A DNA stretch of 64,000 bases from Candidatus Aminicenantes bacterium (GTDB lineage Bacteria; Acidobacteriota; Aminicenantia; UBA2199). The translations under genes and the position numbers were made by a program. The stretch spans positions 1,363 through 65,362 of the forward strand of contig JAOZUQ010000005.1 of assembly GCA_029938635.1 (NCBI GenBank). The letters run 5' to 3'. This document shows, one piece after another, positions 1 to 10,223 of the stretch. Every line of letters begins with the position of its first letter. The first letter of the stretch is position 1. The notes below the pieces were generated by a model. The model saw nothing but the letters and a program-made list of their open reading frames with translations. It was not told the origin of the DNA and made no database searches.

Positions 1-1907
1 TTGTTTCCATTATCATTCCATCGCACATCAATTTCCCTGAAGCCTACTGTCCAGGTATGGTAAGCAATATCATTACCACTCTGGGATCCGTAACGTGCAA
101 GTGAAAGTTTAACTACATTTTTTCCATTTCCGCTTATATCATAAGTTAGTGAAAACCTTGGAGAAATAACTTCAAATCCTTCCTCAACTTTATATTCAGG
201 AGCAGTCAGAGGACCCAGATAATCTGTAAAGATCGGAACCCCCTCAAACGTTAATGCAGGGGAAGTTGCTTCATTATGAGATCCGGATTCCTTATCATAT
301 CTAATTCCCACATTGGCGGTCAATTTACCGAATGTCATCGTATCTGAAAGGTAAAATGATACTCTTGTAAATCCAAGATCAAGTATTCCATCAGCTCCCC
401 ACCAGATCTCTTTGTAATCATCAGGATTCGTCTGATCATCAATATAAAGCCTTCTTTGATTTGCATATAATGTCTGTGATGTTGTCTGCGCCGTATAATA
501 GTCGACTCCGAAACGGATCTCATGATCACCGCCCATCAAAGCTTCTGCAAAGTAATTGCCGTTTAAAGACATGTTCATGGTATTTCTATTCGTACCATAA
601 TAGTACATACTTCCCCATCCATATCTTGCGGGATAATAACTGATAAAGGCATCGTTTCCCTCAAGGTGCCCTGTAGAAGGATTTACATCTCCCCCTTTGG
701 GGTCCAGAGCAAATCCACCATCAGTATATGCAAACTTTGCACCTAACATCAGATTACCCATAATATGCTGGATAGAACCCAAATAGACTGCCCCGGGGCC
801 TATTTGATCCCAGGTAGAATCAACATCCTGACTCGCCGCTCCATATCTTGATCTTCCCCATTTGTTTTTATTATCACTGGAATATTGAAAATCCGCTGAT
901 GTATTCCCGAGCTGGAAGTTTAACTTCGCATATGCCCCAACCAGCCATGTTGCATCTTCAGTCTGAGCAATTGTTCTGGAATGGATATCCTGAACTGCAT
1001 AGGAACCGAAGAACCAGATCTTATCCTTGATGATCGGGCCACCGAAATTGACTCCATACTGGTATAATCTGTAAATACCGGGAGATTCCAATCCGGCATC
1101 AATCATTTCCTGAGGCAGGGTCTGGCTCATTTCCCACCTCTCATCTTCAACATATAAGTGGAAGTCACCTGAATAAAGGTTTCCTCCACGTTTTGTAACA
1201 AAGTTCAACTGGGTTCCACCAGTCTGGGCTGTAATATCATTCGATCCGAGTGTTACCTGGAGTTCCTCATAAGAGTTAATATTGAGGTATCCGGGGGCAG
1301 CTCCGATAGCGGACGGGTCTGTAATGTTGGCCCCATTAACGTTCCATGTCACATCAGTATCATCGGTTCCATTTCCATAAAAAGATGACTGCTGTCCGGA
1401 TTCGTTACCACCGACATCTTCTCTGTCCACCATCATACCGGGGACCAGATTAAGAACTGACCACGGATTTCTTGCTGTCGGAAGGGATTGGATCATCTCT
1501 TTCGAAATGTTAACTCCTACTGTTGTCTTCCTGGTATCAATAACAGATGCTACACCTTTAACCTCAATAATCTCCTTCAATTTGGTCGTTTCCATCTGTA
1601 CGTTGAATGTCTTATCCTTACCGACAAATAATCTAACCCCTTTCTGAATAACAATTTTGAAACCTTCCAATTCAAACTTCAATTCAACAGTTCCTGGCGG
1701 AATGTGAAGAAATCTGAAGTTTCCTGCTTCGGATGTAACTGTAACTTTCTTACCGATAACGTCACCGGTCAGTGTTACGGCTACTCCGGGGATTGCTGAT
1801 CCATCAGGCAATACTACGGTTCCGTAGATGTCTGATGTTGAGCTCTGTGCGAATGACAGCCCGGTAAGGACTGCTATTGCTACGAGCAATGTGAATAGCT
1901 TTTTCAT
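1..1907 (-). CDS. TonB-dependent receptor-like outer membrane protein with N-terminal carboxypeptidase-regulatory-like domain; 5' partial relative to window (C-terminus off window)
   Basis: Minus-strand ORF runs off the window start. ATG at 1907 is preceded by an AAGGAGG SD. Translation begins MKKLFTLLVAIAVLTGLSFAQSS (signal peptide), then a CarboxypepD_reg-like beta-sandwich segment (DIYGTVVLPDGSAIPGVAVTL...), then glycine/aromatic-rich beta-barrel-like sequence. Confidence 0.7.
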   Translation of the reverse strand, partial: MKKLFTLLVAIAVLTGLSFAQSSTSDIYGTVVLPDGSAIPGVAVTLTGDVIGKKVTVTSEAGNFRFLHIPPGTVELKFELEGFKIVIQKGVRLFVGKDKTFNVQMETTKLKEIIEVKGVASVIDTRKTTVGVNISKEMIQSLPTARNPWSVLNLVPGMMVDREDVGGNESGQQSSFYGNGTDDTDVTWNVNGANITDPSAIGAAPGYLNINSYEELQVTLGSNDITAQTGGTQLNFVTKRGGNLYSGDFHLYVEDERWEMSQTLPQEMIDAGLESPGIYRLYQYGVNFGGPIIKDKIWFFGSYAVQDIHSRTIAQTEDATWLVGAYAKLNFQLGNTSADFQYSSDNKNKWGRSRYGAASQDVDSTWDQIGPGAVYLGSIQHIMGNLMLGAKFAYTDGGFALDPKGGDVNPSTGHLEGNDAFISYYPARYGWGSMYYYGTNRNTMNMSLNGNYFAEALMGGDHEIRFGVDYYTAQTTSQTLYANQRRLYIDDQTNPDDYKEIWWGADGILDLGFTRVSFYLSDTMTFGKLTANVGIRYDKESGSHNEATSPALTFEGVPIFTDYLGPLTAPEYKVEEGFEVISPRFSLTYDISGNGKNVVKLSLARYGSQSGNDIAYHTWTVGFREIDVRWNDNGN

Positions 1908-2157
1908 TTAAGCCTCCTTGTTTTGATCAGAAAAATTATTTTCCGTCACACAATACATTCAGTTTCCTTTCCAAAGCCGGAATATTCACACACAAAACTT
2001 ACCGGATTGCAATAATCAGGGACAAACATACTGATATGAGGGACAAAGCACATATTATGTTTCGTTAAATTGGAGATTATTAGAAATTTACGTGGAGAAT
2101 ACAAATTTTTGGATTATAAAACTCAAAAATATGAATGGAAGAACAATTACCGGATTA

Positions 2158-2505
2158 TTAAAGCGATGAGATGTAAAAATTTTTCAGCAATTGTTCCAAA
2201 TCTTCCGGGCCACGGATCCTTCTACTTTCCTTTATTTGGAATTTTCTTATCTTCTCATTCAGTGTTGTGGGTTTCAGCCCCAGGACAAAAGAGGCGACCC
2301 TTTGATTGCCGCCGGAAATGTTTAAAGCCCTGCTAATCATTTCCTTTTCAAATTCCTTCATGAAACTTTTAAGAGGTACATTACAATTCGTACAATTACG
2401 AAGAAGGAATTTTTTCACAAGCTCATCCCGCAAATTTCCGATCTCTGCTTTCAAGTTGGCCGATTCTATTTCTTTAGCTGAATTTTTTCCGTCTTTCATA
2501 TTCAA
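2158..2505 (-). CDS. Small Fis-family HTH (HTH_8) DNA-binding protein
   Basis: 115 aa. C-terminal ...EKEMISRALNISGGNQRVASFVLGLKPTTLNEKIRKF matches Fis/NtrC-type HTH. 4-nt ATGA overlap with the upstream LytTR gene. Confidence 0.6.
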   Translation of the reverse strand: MNMKDGKNSAKEIESANLKAEIGNLRDELVKKFLLRNCTNCNVPLKSFMKEFEKEMISRALNISGGNQRVASFVLGLKPTTLNEKIRKFQIKESRRIRGPEDLEQLLKNFYISSL

Positions 2506-2843
2506 ACCTTTATCTCCCTGACAATCCTTTCTCTATACCTTCTACCCCAGGCCAGGATCTCCTTGTTTTTCAGAACAATTATATAATCATTACTTCCTGA
2601 ACTTTTCATCTCTTCTATCCTGTCGATATTAACGATAGTAGACCTGTTAACCCTCATAAATCTTTCTGTCCCGAGTTTTTTTTCAAGATAACTGAGTGTA
2701 TTTCTTACAATAAAATTTTTTTCGCCACAAATGATCCTTGAATAATTTCTCTCTGATCTGATCAGGCAAATATCATCCTTTAATACAAAATAGTAATTTC
2801 TACCCCTTTTTACCATGATCTTATTTCCATTTGAAAAATTCAT
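2502..2843 (-). CDS. Stand-alone LytTR DNA-binding domain protein
   Basis: 113 aa. ...ICLIRSERNYSRII...FMRVNRSTIVNIDRIEE matches the LytTR domain signature (h-RxHRS-hVN). Co-oriented and overlapping with the downstream Fis-type gene. Confidence 0.65.
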   Translation of the reverse strand: MNFSNGNKIMVKRGRNYYFVLKDDICLIRSERNYSRIICGEKNFIVRNTLSYLEKKLGTERFMRVNRSTIVNIDRIEEMKSSGSNDYIIVLKNKEILAWGRRYRERIVREIKV

Positions 2844-3023
2844 GATATTTTGGGTTTTATGAAATCAAAAAAAGCCTCATGCAATCCGACTTTTCTTCGA
2901 GCTGAGTTTGGATATCTCCTTCCCATTTTATACTCTCTGAATATTAATACGGATTAAGGACAACTTTTATCACAAAAAAAATAAATTCAACTTCTATTCC
3001 ATATTAAAAGATAGTAAAAAAAA

Positions 3024-3359
3024 CTAAAGAAGAGATATGTTTATTTCATCAATAAGGTATTTGAGGTCTCTCCTTCCCCTGATCTTTTTTATTCTGTTCA
3101 GATCGAATTTTTTTATTTTTTCATTCAGTGTCGTCGGTTTAATTCCGAGGATAAATGAAGCTACCCTCTGGTTCCCTCCGGCTACTTTTAAAGCTTTACT
3201 TATCATATCTTTCTCAATCTCATCGATAAAATTCTTTAACGGCACATTCTTTTTAGTACAATTATTCAATATATAACTCCTGATAAGTGTATCTCTCGGG
3301 CTGTCAACATCTTTACTTCTAATTCCAATTACTTCTTTAATACTTGAATTTTCTTTCAT
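3024..3359 (-). CDS. Small Fis-family HTH protein (paralog of 2158..2505)
   Basis: 111 aa. ...EKDMISKALKVAGGNQRVASFILGIKPTTLNEKIKKF. About half the residues are identical to 2158..2505. Confidence 0.6.
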   Translation of the reverse strand: MKENSSIKEVIGIRSKDVDSPRDTLIRSYILNNCTKKNVPLKNFIDEIEKDMISKALKVAGGNQRVASFILGIKPTTLNEKIKKFDLNRIKKIRGRRDLKYLIDEINISLL

Positions 3360-3360
3360 T

Positions 3361-3687
3361 TCAGATCCTTGTTAACTTAACAAGTTTCTCCCGGTATTTT
3401 CTACCCCATTGAAGAACTTTATTATTGTTAAGAACTATTATGTAATTATGATTCTCAGCTGCTTTCATCTCATTTATCCTTTCAATATTTACAAGTGCCG
3501 ATCTGTTTACCCTTAAAAAGTTATCCGCACCCAGTTTTTCCTCCAGAAATCCCAGAGATCTTTTTACGAGATAAGTCCGATCCTCACAATATATTCGGGA
3601 ATAATTTCTTTCAGACTCAATGAAATTAATGTCATTTTTATTTATAAAGTGATAATTACGTCCTATCTTTATCAATATTTTTTCCAT
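3361..3687 (-). CDS. Stand-alone LytTR domain protein (paralog of 2502..2843)
   Basis: 108 aa. ...FIESERNYSRIYCED...FLRVNRSALVNIERINE. Lies 1 nt upstream of its Fis-type partner. Confidence 0.65.
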   Translation of the reverse strand: MEKILIKIGRNYHFINKNDINFIESERNYSRIYCEDRTYLVKRSLGFLEEKLGADNFLRVNRSALVNIERINEMKAAENHNYIIVLNNNKVLQWGRKYREKLVKLTRI

Positions 3688-3940
3688 ATTCGATCTACCT
3701 CCTGTTCCCTCATATGATTCCCTTCATTCAAATTCATACTCATTTATACGTAAGTAATGCTCATTTTTCATGTGAAAATGGTCAGTTTATTCAAAACATT
3801 ACCTTTTTCACAATTTTATATGGATTTATTTTCGGATTCTTGAACTTATTTTTGCAGAAATTCAAATCTTAAAAAGAGAAAGATACGGTTGATAATAAAA
3901 ATATATAGTTTTATACTCGGTTTCAAATAATGGAGACAAA

Positions 3941-5443
3941 ATGAAAAAATATATAATAATTTCAACAATAATGTTGCTTCTGATTACTGGAACGATCTAT
4001 TCGGCAGATGATATTTATCTAAAAATACCTGTAAGGATCTACAAGGGAAGTGAATACTTGAAAGGGTTGTCTAAGGAAGATTTCACATTGAAGATAAATG
4101 GCAAAGTCAGAACAGTCGAAGAACTCCTGACAGGCGAAAGGTCAATTAACGATATTTCAGAAAGGCGAAATTTTATACTTCAATTTAACCTGACCGATTA
4201 TGGTAAGAATATAACAAAGGGAATTGAATTCTTTATCAATGAAGTTCTAAGGCTGAAGGATAATCTTATCATCTGGTCCCCTGTCAAGGTTTACAGGATG
4301 AGAACAGATAAGTCAAAAAAGGATATCATTTTAGATATTGAGAAGATCGTAAAGGAAGATTCATTTAAGTACAAAAGGGCGAAAGAATCAGCAAGGGAAC
4401 AATTGTTCAGCATTGTTCAAAAATTCATTGATTTTATTCCCAATGTGAAGGACTCGAACCCGTTCTTATCAAATACTTTTAGATTTCTTAACTTCTACAG
4501 CAGTGAATGGCTGAACTTCAAATCAAAATTTCTCATCCCGGATGTAGAAAAATATTATGGAGTGTTTGCTCTCCTCTCTCAAAAATATCCGGGAGAAAAA
4601 TATTTTATCAATTTCCAACAGAGGGAGGTAATTCCTTCATTAAAGAAATATAATTCTGCAAAGCAAAATATATATGATTATATTTCAAGGTGGATGGGAA
4701 CTTCAGAATCTTCATCATTTTCATCAATATCAAGCAAAATAAACAGAATAGATAAATCAATGCTTCTTTCCTATAATTTTGACACAGAAAAACTTATATC
4801 ACCTTTTAAAGGTGCAAATATAAGCTATAACCTTATCCTGTTTAACTCATTCAGGCAGAGTGGTGAAGAAGCTGACTCTGTCTCTCCCGATCTTGATGGT
4901 ATTCTTAGGGATATTTCCAGATCAACAGGCGGAGTAAGTATCAAAACCAACGATTTTGAAAAAGGGATAGATTCAATATTAAAGAAATCTGACAATTATT
5001 ATTTTATTGTCTATAAATTTAATGGAAAAAAGGGAGAAAAGAAAATAGAAATTGAGATAAATGATAAAAAAACAAAATTGTTTTATAAGAAAAATTTCAT
5101 CCCGGAGGAAATTAACCTTCTTATCAAGCTTGCATCCGAACCAAAAATCACCATCTCAGAAGTAAAAATTAAAAGCCATGATCTTTCTTTCTCTATTTCG
5201 GGTTTCTCAAGAACTGGGAAGGGAAAAAAGACAGGAATTATGAAAATAGAAATAAAGTTGATCGACAAGGACAGAAATCCTGTAATGAATAAGGACAACA
5301 CATTGAGAGCTGAGAAAGATTCTATTAAAATATCTCTTAAAGTCTCTCGGGGATTGAAAGGATTTTTTAAACTTAAGATCACGGCAAAAGATATGAATGC
5401 CAATAAAACAGCAAATTTCTCAAAATATATTGAGCTTAAATAA
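3941..5443 (+). CDS. Hypothetical secreted protein
   Basis: 500-aa ORF with a GGAGA SD 7 nt upstream and an N-terminal signal peptide (MKKYIIISTIMLLLITGTIYSADD). No recognisable catalytic motifs. Confidence 0.6.
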   Translation: MKKYIIISTIMLLLITGTIYSADDIYLKIPVRIYKGSEYLKGLSKEDFTLKINGKVRTVEELLTGERSINDISERRNFILQFNLTDYGKNITKGIEFFINEVLRLKDNLIIWSPVKVYRMRTDKSKKDIILDIEKIVKEDSFKYKRAKESAREQLFSIVQKFIDFIPNVKDSNPFLSNTFRFLNFYSSEWLNFKSKFLIPDVEKYYGVFALLSQKYPGEKYFINFQQREVIPSLKKYNSAKQNIYDYISRWMGTSESSSFSSISSKINRIDKSMLLSYNFDTEKLISPFKGANISYNLILFNSFRQSGEEADSVSPDLDGILRDISRSTGGVSIKTNDFEKGIDSILKKSDNYYFIVYKFNGKKGEKKIEIEINDKKTKLFYKKNFIPEEINLLIKLASEPKITISEVKIKSHDLSFSISGFSRTGKGKKTGIMKIEIKLIDKDRNPVMNKDNTLRAEKDSIKISLKVSRGLKGFFKLKITAKDMNANKTANFSKYIELK

Positions 5444-5528
5444 GAGCCAATTGCAAAAATAGATTTTTTATGAAGTTTAGCGAAATTTTTCATGGCAAAG
5501 CATCTGAGTAAAAAAACCGGAAACGTAG

Positions 5529-5556
5529 CCTCAGTGCTACATTGAGGATTTTTTGT
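5529..5556 (+). terminator. Rho-independent terminator downstream of 3941..5443
   Basis: CCTCAGTG-cta-CATTGAGG stem followed by ATTTTTTGT. Confidence 0.55.
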
Positions 5557-5672
5557 GAAGATGTGAAGTCATGGAGAATTGCAGCAAACTGCAATAGAAT
5601 GTATTTTTTCAATTGGCTCATAAGTTTGATTTTTTGAGATTCTGCTGATATAATTTTTAGAGTGGAGGAAAT

Positions 5673-6233
5673 ATGAGAAAACTATTCCTGATCTTTATTA
5701 TAATCACAATGCTCGCAACATTTCAGATGTCCGGAATGATTAATCAAAGCAAATTCTCAATAACAATCGGTGGCGGAATGAGAAACATATCTGAAGAAAT
5801 ATTTGAAACTGTTTATGGAACGAACAACATTGCTTACAGCATAGATTTCGCATATAAACTTGGCAAATCACTTGAAATGTTTGTTCACTCTGACTACCTT
5901 AAAGTTGAAGGTGAACTCAAATTTGACCCGAAAGCTACCACACTCACAATTATGCCTGCTGAAGCCGGGATCAGGATCCTCCTCGGGAAAAGTAAGTTTA
6001 AGCCCTATTTAGGTTTGGGTGCCGGATATTATATGCTGAAGGAAGAGAACTTCATCGGAAAGGTTGATGAAAGCAGTACCGGTTTTTTCGGAGAAGGGGG
6101 ATTCAGATTTTATTTCGGCAAACTCTTCATCGACCTTAAGTTAAAATATATTCAATTAAATTATGATGTTTCCGGAACTAAAGTAGACCTCGGGGGCCTC
6201 TCATACTTTGGTGGTATCGGAATAAGTTTCTGA
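5673..6233 (+). CDS. Outer-membrane beta-barrel (OmpA/opacity-like) protein
   Basis: 186 aa. GGAGG SD, signal peptide, alternating hydrophobic beta-strand pattern, C-terminal ...GGIGISF ending in Phe as expected for OMP barrels. Confidence 0.6.
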   Translation: MRKLFLIFIIITMLATFQMSGMINQSKFSITIGGGMRNISEEIFETVYGTNNIAYSIDFAYKLGKSLEMFVHSDYLKVEGELKFDPKATTLTIMPAEAGIRILLGKSKFKPYLGLGAGYYMLKEENFIGKVDESSTGFFGEGGFRFYFGKLFIDLKLKYIQLNYDVSGTKVDLGGLSYFGGIGISF

Positions 6234-6472
6234 TCCGTTCAGATAGAAAAAGAATTATTTAGATATTATATATCACGAATGTTGTAAATTTGACCGGCTG
6301 GATCAGAGAAAATTGATTATCCAGCTACCCGCAATTATTCCAATGCTCATATATAGGAAAAGTTTGATCCCCTCTTTCCTTATCATTGCCTTATCATCAT
6401 GCCTGATAAATGCAATTATAGTAGAAACGATGCCTGAAAAAACCAGCATCGAGATCAGATGGCTTTTAAAGA

Positions 6473-6874
6473 TCATTTTTCTCCCCCTTTCCTGGCAATA
6501 TCAAATGCATTTAGAGCTACCAGATAATTCAACAGGCCTGCTGATACCAGATAAGTAGTTCCGTAGTGGTATGTAACTGACTCGATATTCCCTTTTGCAA
6601 ATCCCAGCAGGTTTACTATAACATTAAACAATCCAAGGCCAAGATCACCAAGGAAACCGAGAATAAGAAGGGGATGAAATTGCTTTTGTACAACACCGTA
6701 ATTATTGGATGTCTCTGTATAAGGAAGAAAAAACTTACCTTCCATAATAATGCCCAGGATAACAAGAAGGAGAATCCCTGAAAAAAACACCAATGCTTTT
6801 GTATATTTTTTATGGATATAATGTCCTGAGCCCGGGATCAGCCAGGATAGCAAAAATATTAAGTAAGGTCTCAT
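6473..6874 (-). CDS. Hypothetical small integral membrane protein
   Basis: 133 aa with multiple hydrophobic helices (LIFLLSWLIPGSGHY...). Confidence 0.45.
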   Translation of the reverse strand: MRPYLIFLLSWLIPGSGHYIHKKYTKALVFFSGILLLVILGIIMEGKFFLPYTETSNNYGVVQKQFHPLLILGFLGDLGLGLFNVIVNLLGFAKGNIESVTYHYGTTYLVSAGLLNYLVALNAFDIARKGGEK

Positions 6875-6995
6875 TTGATTATTATACTAGATAAACAAAG
6901 TTCATTCAATAATATCGAAGCAACTCATTTTTCAATTTACAGGGTTATATGATAAAATAGAATTTTAAACATATAACTGCCCCTTAGGAGAGAGT

Positions 6996-8375
6996 ATGGA
7001 GTTTAAGAAGAGGATATTATGTATCGGAGCCGGTTATGTTGGCGGCCCGACTATGGCTGTAATCGCACTGAAATGCCCCGAATATAGAATTGACGTTGTT
7101 GATATAAATCAGGACAGGATAAATGCCTGGAACTCAGATGATCTCCCGATCTTCGAGCCGGGACTATTTGAAATTGTAAAGGAAAGGAGAGGGAAGAACC
7201 TTTTCTTTTCAACAGATACAGAAGAAAATATTACTAAAGCTGATATAATTTTTGTATCTGTAAACACCCCGACCAAAACTTTTGGTGAGGGTGCCGGGAT
7301 GGCTTCAGATCTTCAATATTGGGAAGCTACAGCTCACCAGATCGTTAAGCATGCACAGAGTGACAAGATTATTGTTGAGAAAAGCACACTCCCGGTCAGA
7401 ACTGCTGAAGCTATGGAAAGAATTTTAAAAATGCATAGCGGGAATATAAAATTCGAAGTAGTTTCCAATCCGGAGTTCCTTGCAGAGGGGACTGCAATAA
7501 GCGATCTTCTTGAAGCTGACAGAGTATTAATCGGAGCTCATGATACTGAAGAGGGAAATAGAGCTTCTCAGGAGATTGCCGATATATACAGGCACTGGCT
7601 CCCTGAAGAAAAGATTATTACCACAAACTTATGGTCATCGGAACTTTCCAAACTGATTGCAAACGCATTCCTCGCACAGAGAATATCTTCGATCAATTCG
7701 ATCTCAGCACTCTGTGAAAAGACTGATGCCGATATTTCAGAGATTGCTCATGCTATTGGAAGTGATTCAAGGATCGGAAGCAAATTCCTTCAGACAAGTG
7801 TAGGGTTCGGTGGATCTTGTTTTAAAAAGGATATTCTTAATCTGGTTTATATCTCAAAGAGTTACGGGCTTTATGAAGTTGCAGATTACTGGGAATCTGT
7901 TGTAACCATGAATGAATATCAAAAATCAAGATTTGTCCGCAAGATCATAAAGGAGATGTTCAATACAGTTGCAGGTAAGAAGATTACATTGTTCGGTTTT
8001 GCATTTAAAGCCAATACAGGGGATACTAGGGAATCACCGGCAATAGATATAACAAAATCCCTTCTTGATGAAAATGTCAGGGTTACAATTCACGACCCTG
8101 AGGCAATCGAGAATGCAAAGATCGATCTGAAAGGAATTGAAAAAAACATAACATATGAAACTGATCCCTATAGAGCTGCTGCAAATTCAAATGCCATTAT
8201 TATTACAACAGAATGGGAACAGTTCAAAGATTTAGATTATTCAAAGATTTATGATTCAATGGAAAAACCTGCTTTTATATTCGACGGCAGGAATATTCTT
8301 GATCACCGGAAATTATTCAGTATCGGATTTAATGTTTATCCGATCGGGAAACAGCAATTGACTCACTTTTCATAA
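6996..8375 (+). CDS. ugd: UDP-glucose 6-dehydrogenase
   Basis: 459 aa. N-terminal Rossmann GAGYVGGPT. Conserved UGDH catalytic region ...GFGGSCFKKD... AGGAGAG SD upstream. Confidence 0.9.
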   Translation: MEFKKRILCIGAGYVGGPTMAVIALKCPEYRIDVVDINQDRINAWNSDDLPIFEPGLFEIVKERRGKNLFFSTDTEENITKADIIFVSVNTPTKTFGEGAGMASDLQYWEATAHQIVKHAQSDKIIVEKSTLPVRTAEAMERILKMHSGNIKFEVVSNPEFLAEGTAISDLLEADRVLIGAHDTEEGNRASQEIADIYRHWLPEEKIITTNLWSSELSKLIANAFLAQRISSINSISALCEKTDADISEIAHAIGSDSRIGSKFLQTSVGFGGSCFKKDILNLVYISKSYGLYEVADYWESVVTMNEYQKSRFVRKIIKEMFNTVAGKKITLFGFAFKANTGDTRESPAIDITKSLLDENVRVTIHDPEAIENAKIDLKGIEKNITYETDPYRAAANSNAIIITTEWEQFKDLDYSKIYDSMEKPAFIFDGRNILDHRKLFSIGFNVYPIGKQQLTHFS

Positions 8376-8385
8376 CGGAGGAGAG

Positions 8386-10212
8386 ATGTGCGGAATTATT
8401 TGTTACACAGGTAAGAAAAAGGTAATCCCAATCCTTATGGATGGGCTGAAGAGGCTTGAATACCGTGGTTATGACTCAGCAGGACTTGCAGTAGTGGAGA
8501 ATGGAAAAACCTTCATGGTGAAATCTAAGGGAAAAGTTTCGAGCCTGGAAGCCAAATTATCTGATTCATCATCAGAAGCGACTTTCGGAATTGCCCATAC
8601 AAGATGGGCAACACATGGAAAACCCTCTGAGATCAATGCCCATCCCCAATTCGGCTGCAATAATAAAGTGAGTGTAGTGCACAATGGAATAATAGAGAAC
8701 TATCTGGAGATAAAAGAAGAGCTTATTGAAAAAGGACATGAATTTACATCCGATACAGATACAGAAGTAATTGCTCACCTTATCGAACAGAATTTTAACG
8801 GCGACCTCGAGAGGGCGGTCTTAAAATCGATCGAAAAACTTGATGGTGCATTCGGGATAGCGGCAATACATTCTGATGTCGATCATAAGATCGTTGTTGT
8901 CAAGAGAGGAAGCCCGATCATAATAGGGATCGGTGAAAATGAATATTTTGCTGCATCCGATTCTACTGCCCTGGCTCCATATACAAATCAGATGATCTAT
9001 CTCAGTGATGATGAGATGGCTGTTCTTAATAGTACTGAGTATTATATAAAGAACCTGAGCAATGAGGTTCTTAAAAAGAAAGTTGAATTTGTTGATTCAG
9101 ATATATATACAAATGATAAAAAAGGGTTTGAACACTTCATGCTTAAAGAGATCTTTGAACAACCTGAAACCATAGAGAATGCCTTCAGGGGCAGAATTAT
9201 AGAGAGTGAAGGTGTATCCAAGCTCGGTGGACTTGAGCCTGTTATTGACAGACTTAAGAATATGAAAAAGCTGATCATCATTTCCTGCGGCACCAGTTAT
9301 TATTCGGGCCTTATCGGACGTTATATTTTTGAGGAATTAACCGAATTGAATGTTGAAACTGAAGTGGCATCCGAATTCAGGTACAGAAAGCTTAAACTGG
9401 ATAAAAATGTAGCAGTACTTGCTATATCTCAATCAGGTGAAACTGCTGATACTTTAGCAGCATTAAAGGAAGCAAAAAGAAAAGGTGCCCTTCTACTCGG
9501 TATTGTAAATGGAGTCGGGACATCTATTCCCCAGCTGACAGATGCAGGTGTTTATAATCATGCCGGGCCTGAGATCGGAGTTGCTTCAACTAAGATCTAC
9601 ACATCTCAACTTGTGATTCTGACATTAATAGCTCTTCTTATCGGAAGATATCAGGGAATGTCATTTACCGAAGGAAAAGAGATAATCAATGCTATAAAAA
9701 AGCTTCCCGATCAGATCAGAGAGATACTTAGCAATGCAAAAATGATAAAAGAGATTGCACTTAAATATTCTGTTTATAATGACTTTTTATATATAGGAAG
9801 ATTATTTAACTTTCCAACTGCCATGGAAGGCGCTCTGAAACTTAAAGAAATTTCATACATTCATGCTGAAGGATATGCAGCAGGTGAAATGAAACACGGA
9901 CCGATATCCCTTATAGATGAAAATTTTCCTACCGTTGCAATTGCAACCGACGACCTGGTCCTTGAAAAAATACTCAGTAACATGGAGGAGATCAAGGCAA
10001 GGGATGGGAAAATCCTTGCTATTACAAATGAGGGTGAAAAAAAAGTTAAAAAAATCGCAGATGACATTATTGCCGTTCCGAGGACATTGCCGCTGCTTCA
10101 ACCTATCCTGAATGTTATTCCTCTTCAATTGTTCGCATATTACATAGCTGACGAAAAAGGATGTAATATCGACAAACCAAGAAATCTCGCTAAATCAGTT
10201 ACAGTGGAATAG
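8386..10212 (+). CDS. glmS: Glutamine--fructose-6-phosphate aminotransferase (isomerizing)
   Basis: 608 aa beginning MCGIICY (Ntn Cys2), followed by two SIS domains. C-terminal ...KPRNLAKSVTVE. Confidence 0.95.
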   Translation: MCGIICYTGKKKVIPILMDGLKRLEYRGYDSAGLAVVENGKTFMVKSKGKVSSLEAKLSDSSSEATFGIAHTRWATHGKPSEINAHPQFGCNNKVSVVHNGIIENYLEIKEELIEKGHEFTSDTDTEVIAHLIEQNFNGDLERAVLKSIEKLDGAFGIAAIHSDVDHKIVVVKRGSPIIIGIGENEYFAASDSTALAPYTNQMIYLSDDEMAVLNSTEYYIKNLSNEVLKKKVEFVDSDIYTNDKKGFEHFMLKEIFEQPETIENAFRGRIIESEGVSKLGGLEPVIDRLKNMKKLIIISCGTSYYSGLIGRYIFEELTELNVETEVASEFRYRKLKLDKNVAVLAISQSGETADTLAALKEAKRKGALLLGIVNGVGTSIPQLTDAGVYNHAGPEIGVASTKIYTSQLVILTLIALLIGRYQGMSFTEGKEIINAIKKLPDQIREILSNAKMIKEIALKYSVYNDFLYIGRLFNFPTAMEGALKLKEISYIHAEGYAAGEMKHGPISLIDENFPTVAIATDDLVLEKILSNMEEIKARDGKILAITNEGEKKVKKIADDIIAVPRTLPLLQPILNVIPLQLFAYYIADEKGCNIDKPRNLAKSVTVE

Positions 10213-10223
10213 TTGAATTCAAC

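Noticed and set aside
335-1102. Four 60-64 aa ORFs (335..529, 461..643, 848..1030, 920..1102)
   Set aside because: All lie inside or antisense to the long TonB-receptor-like CDS (1..1907, minus). They are low-complexity with no RBS, and are spurious.
2070-2521. ORFs 2070..2336 (+) and 2306..2521 (+)
   Set aside because: Antisense to the well-supported Fis-type and LytTR genes. No domain signal.
3037-3276. 79-aa plus-strand ORF
   Set aside because: Antisense to the Fis-type HTH gene 3024..3359. Low-complexity F/I-rich translation.
5083-5493. 136-aa minus-strand ORF
   Set aside because: Overlaps the 3' end of the 500-aa plus-strand gene in antisense. The hydrophobic translation is a typical AT-rich antisense artefact.
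6313-6558. 81-aa plus-strand ORF
   Set aside because: Overlaps the minus-strand membrane-protein gene 6473..6874 and has no RBS. It was not called.
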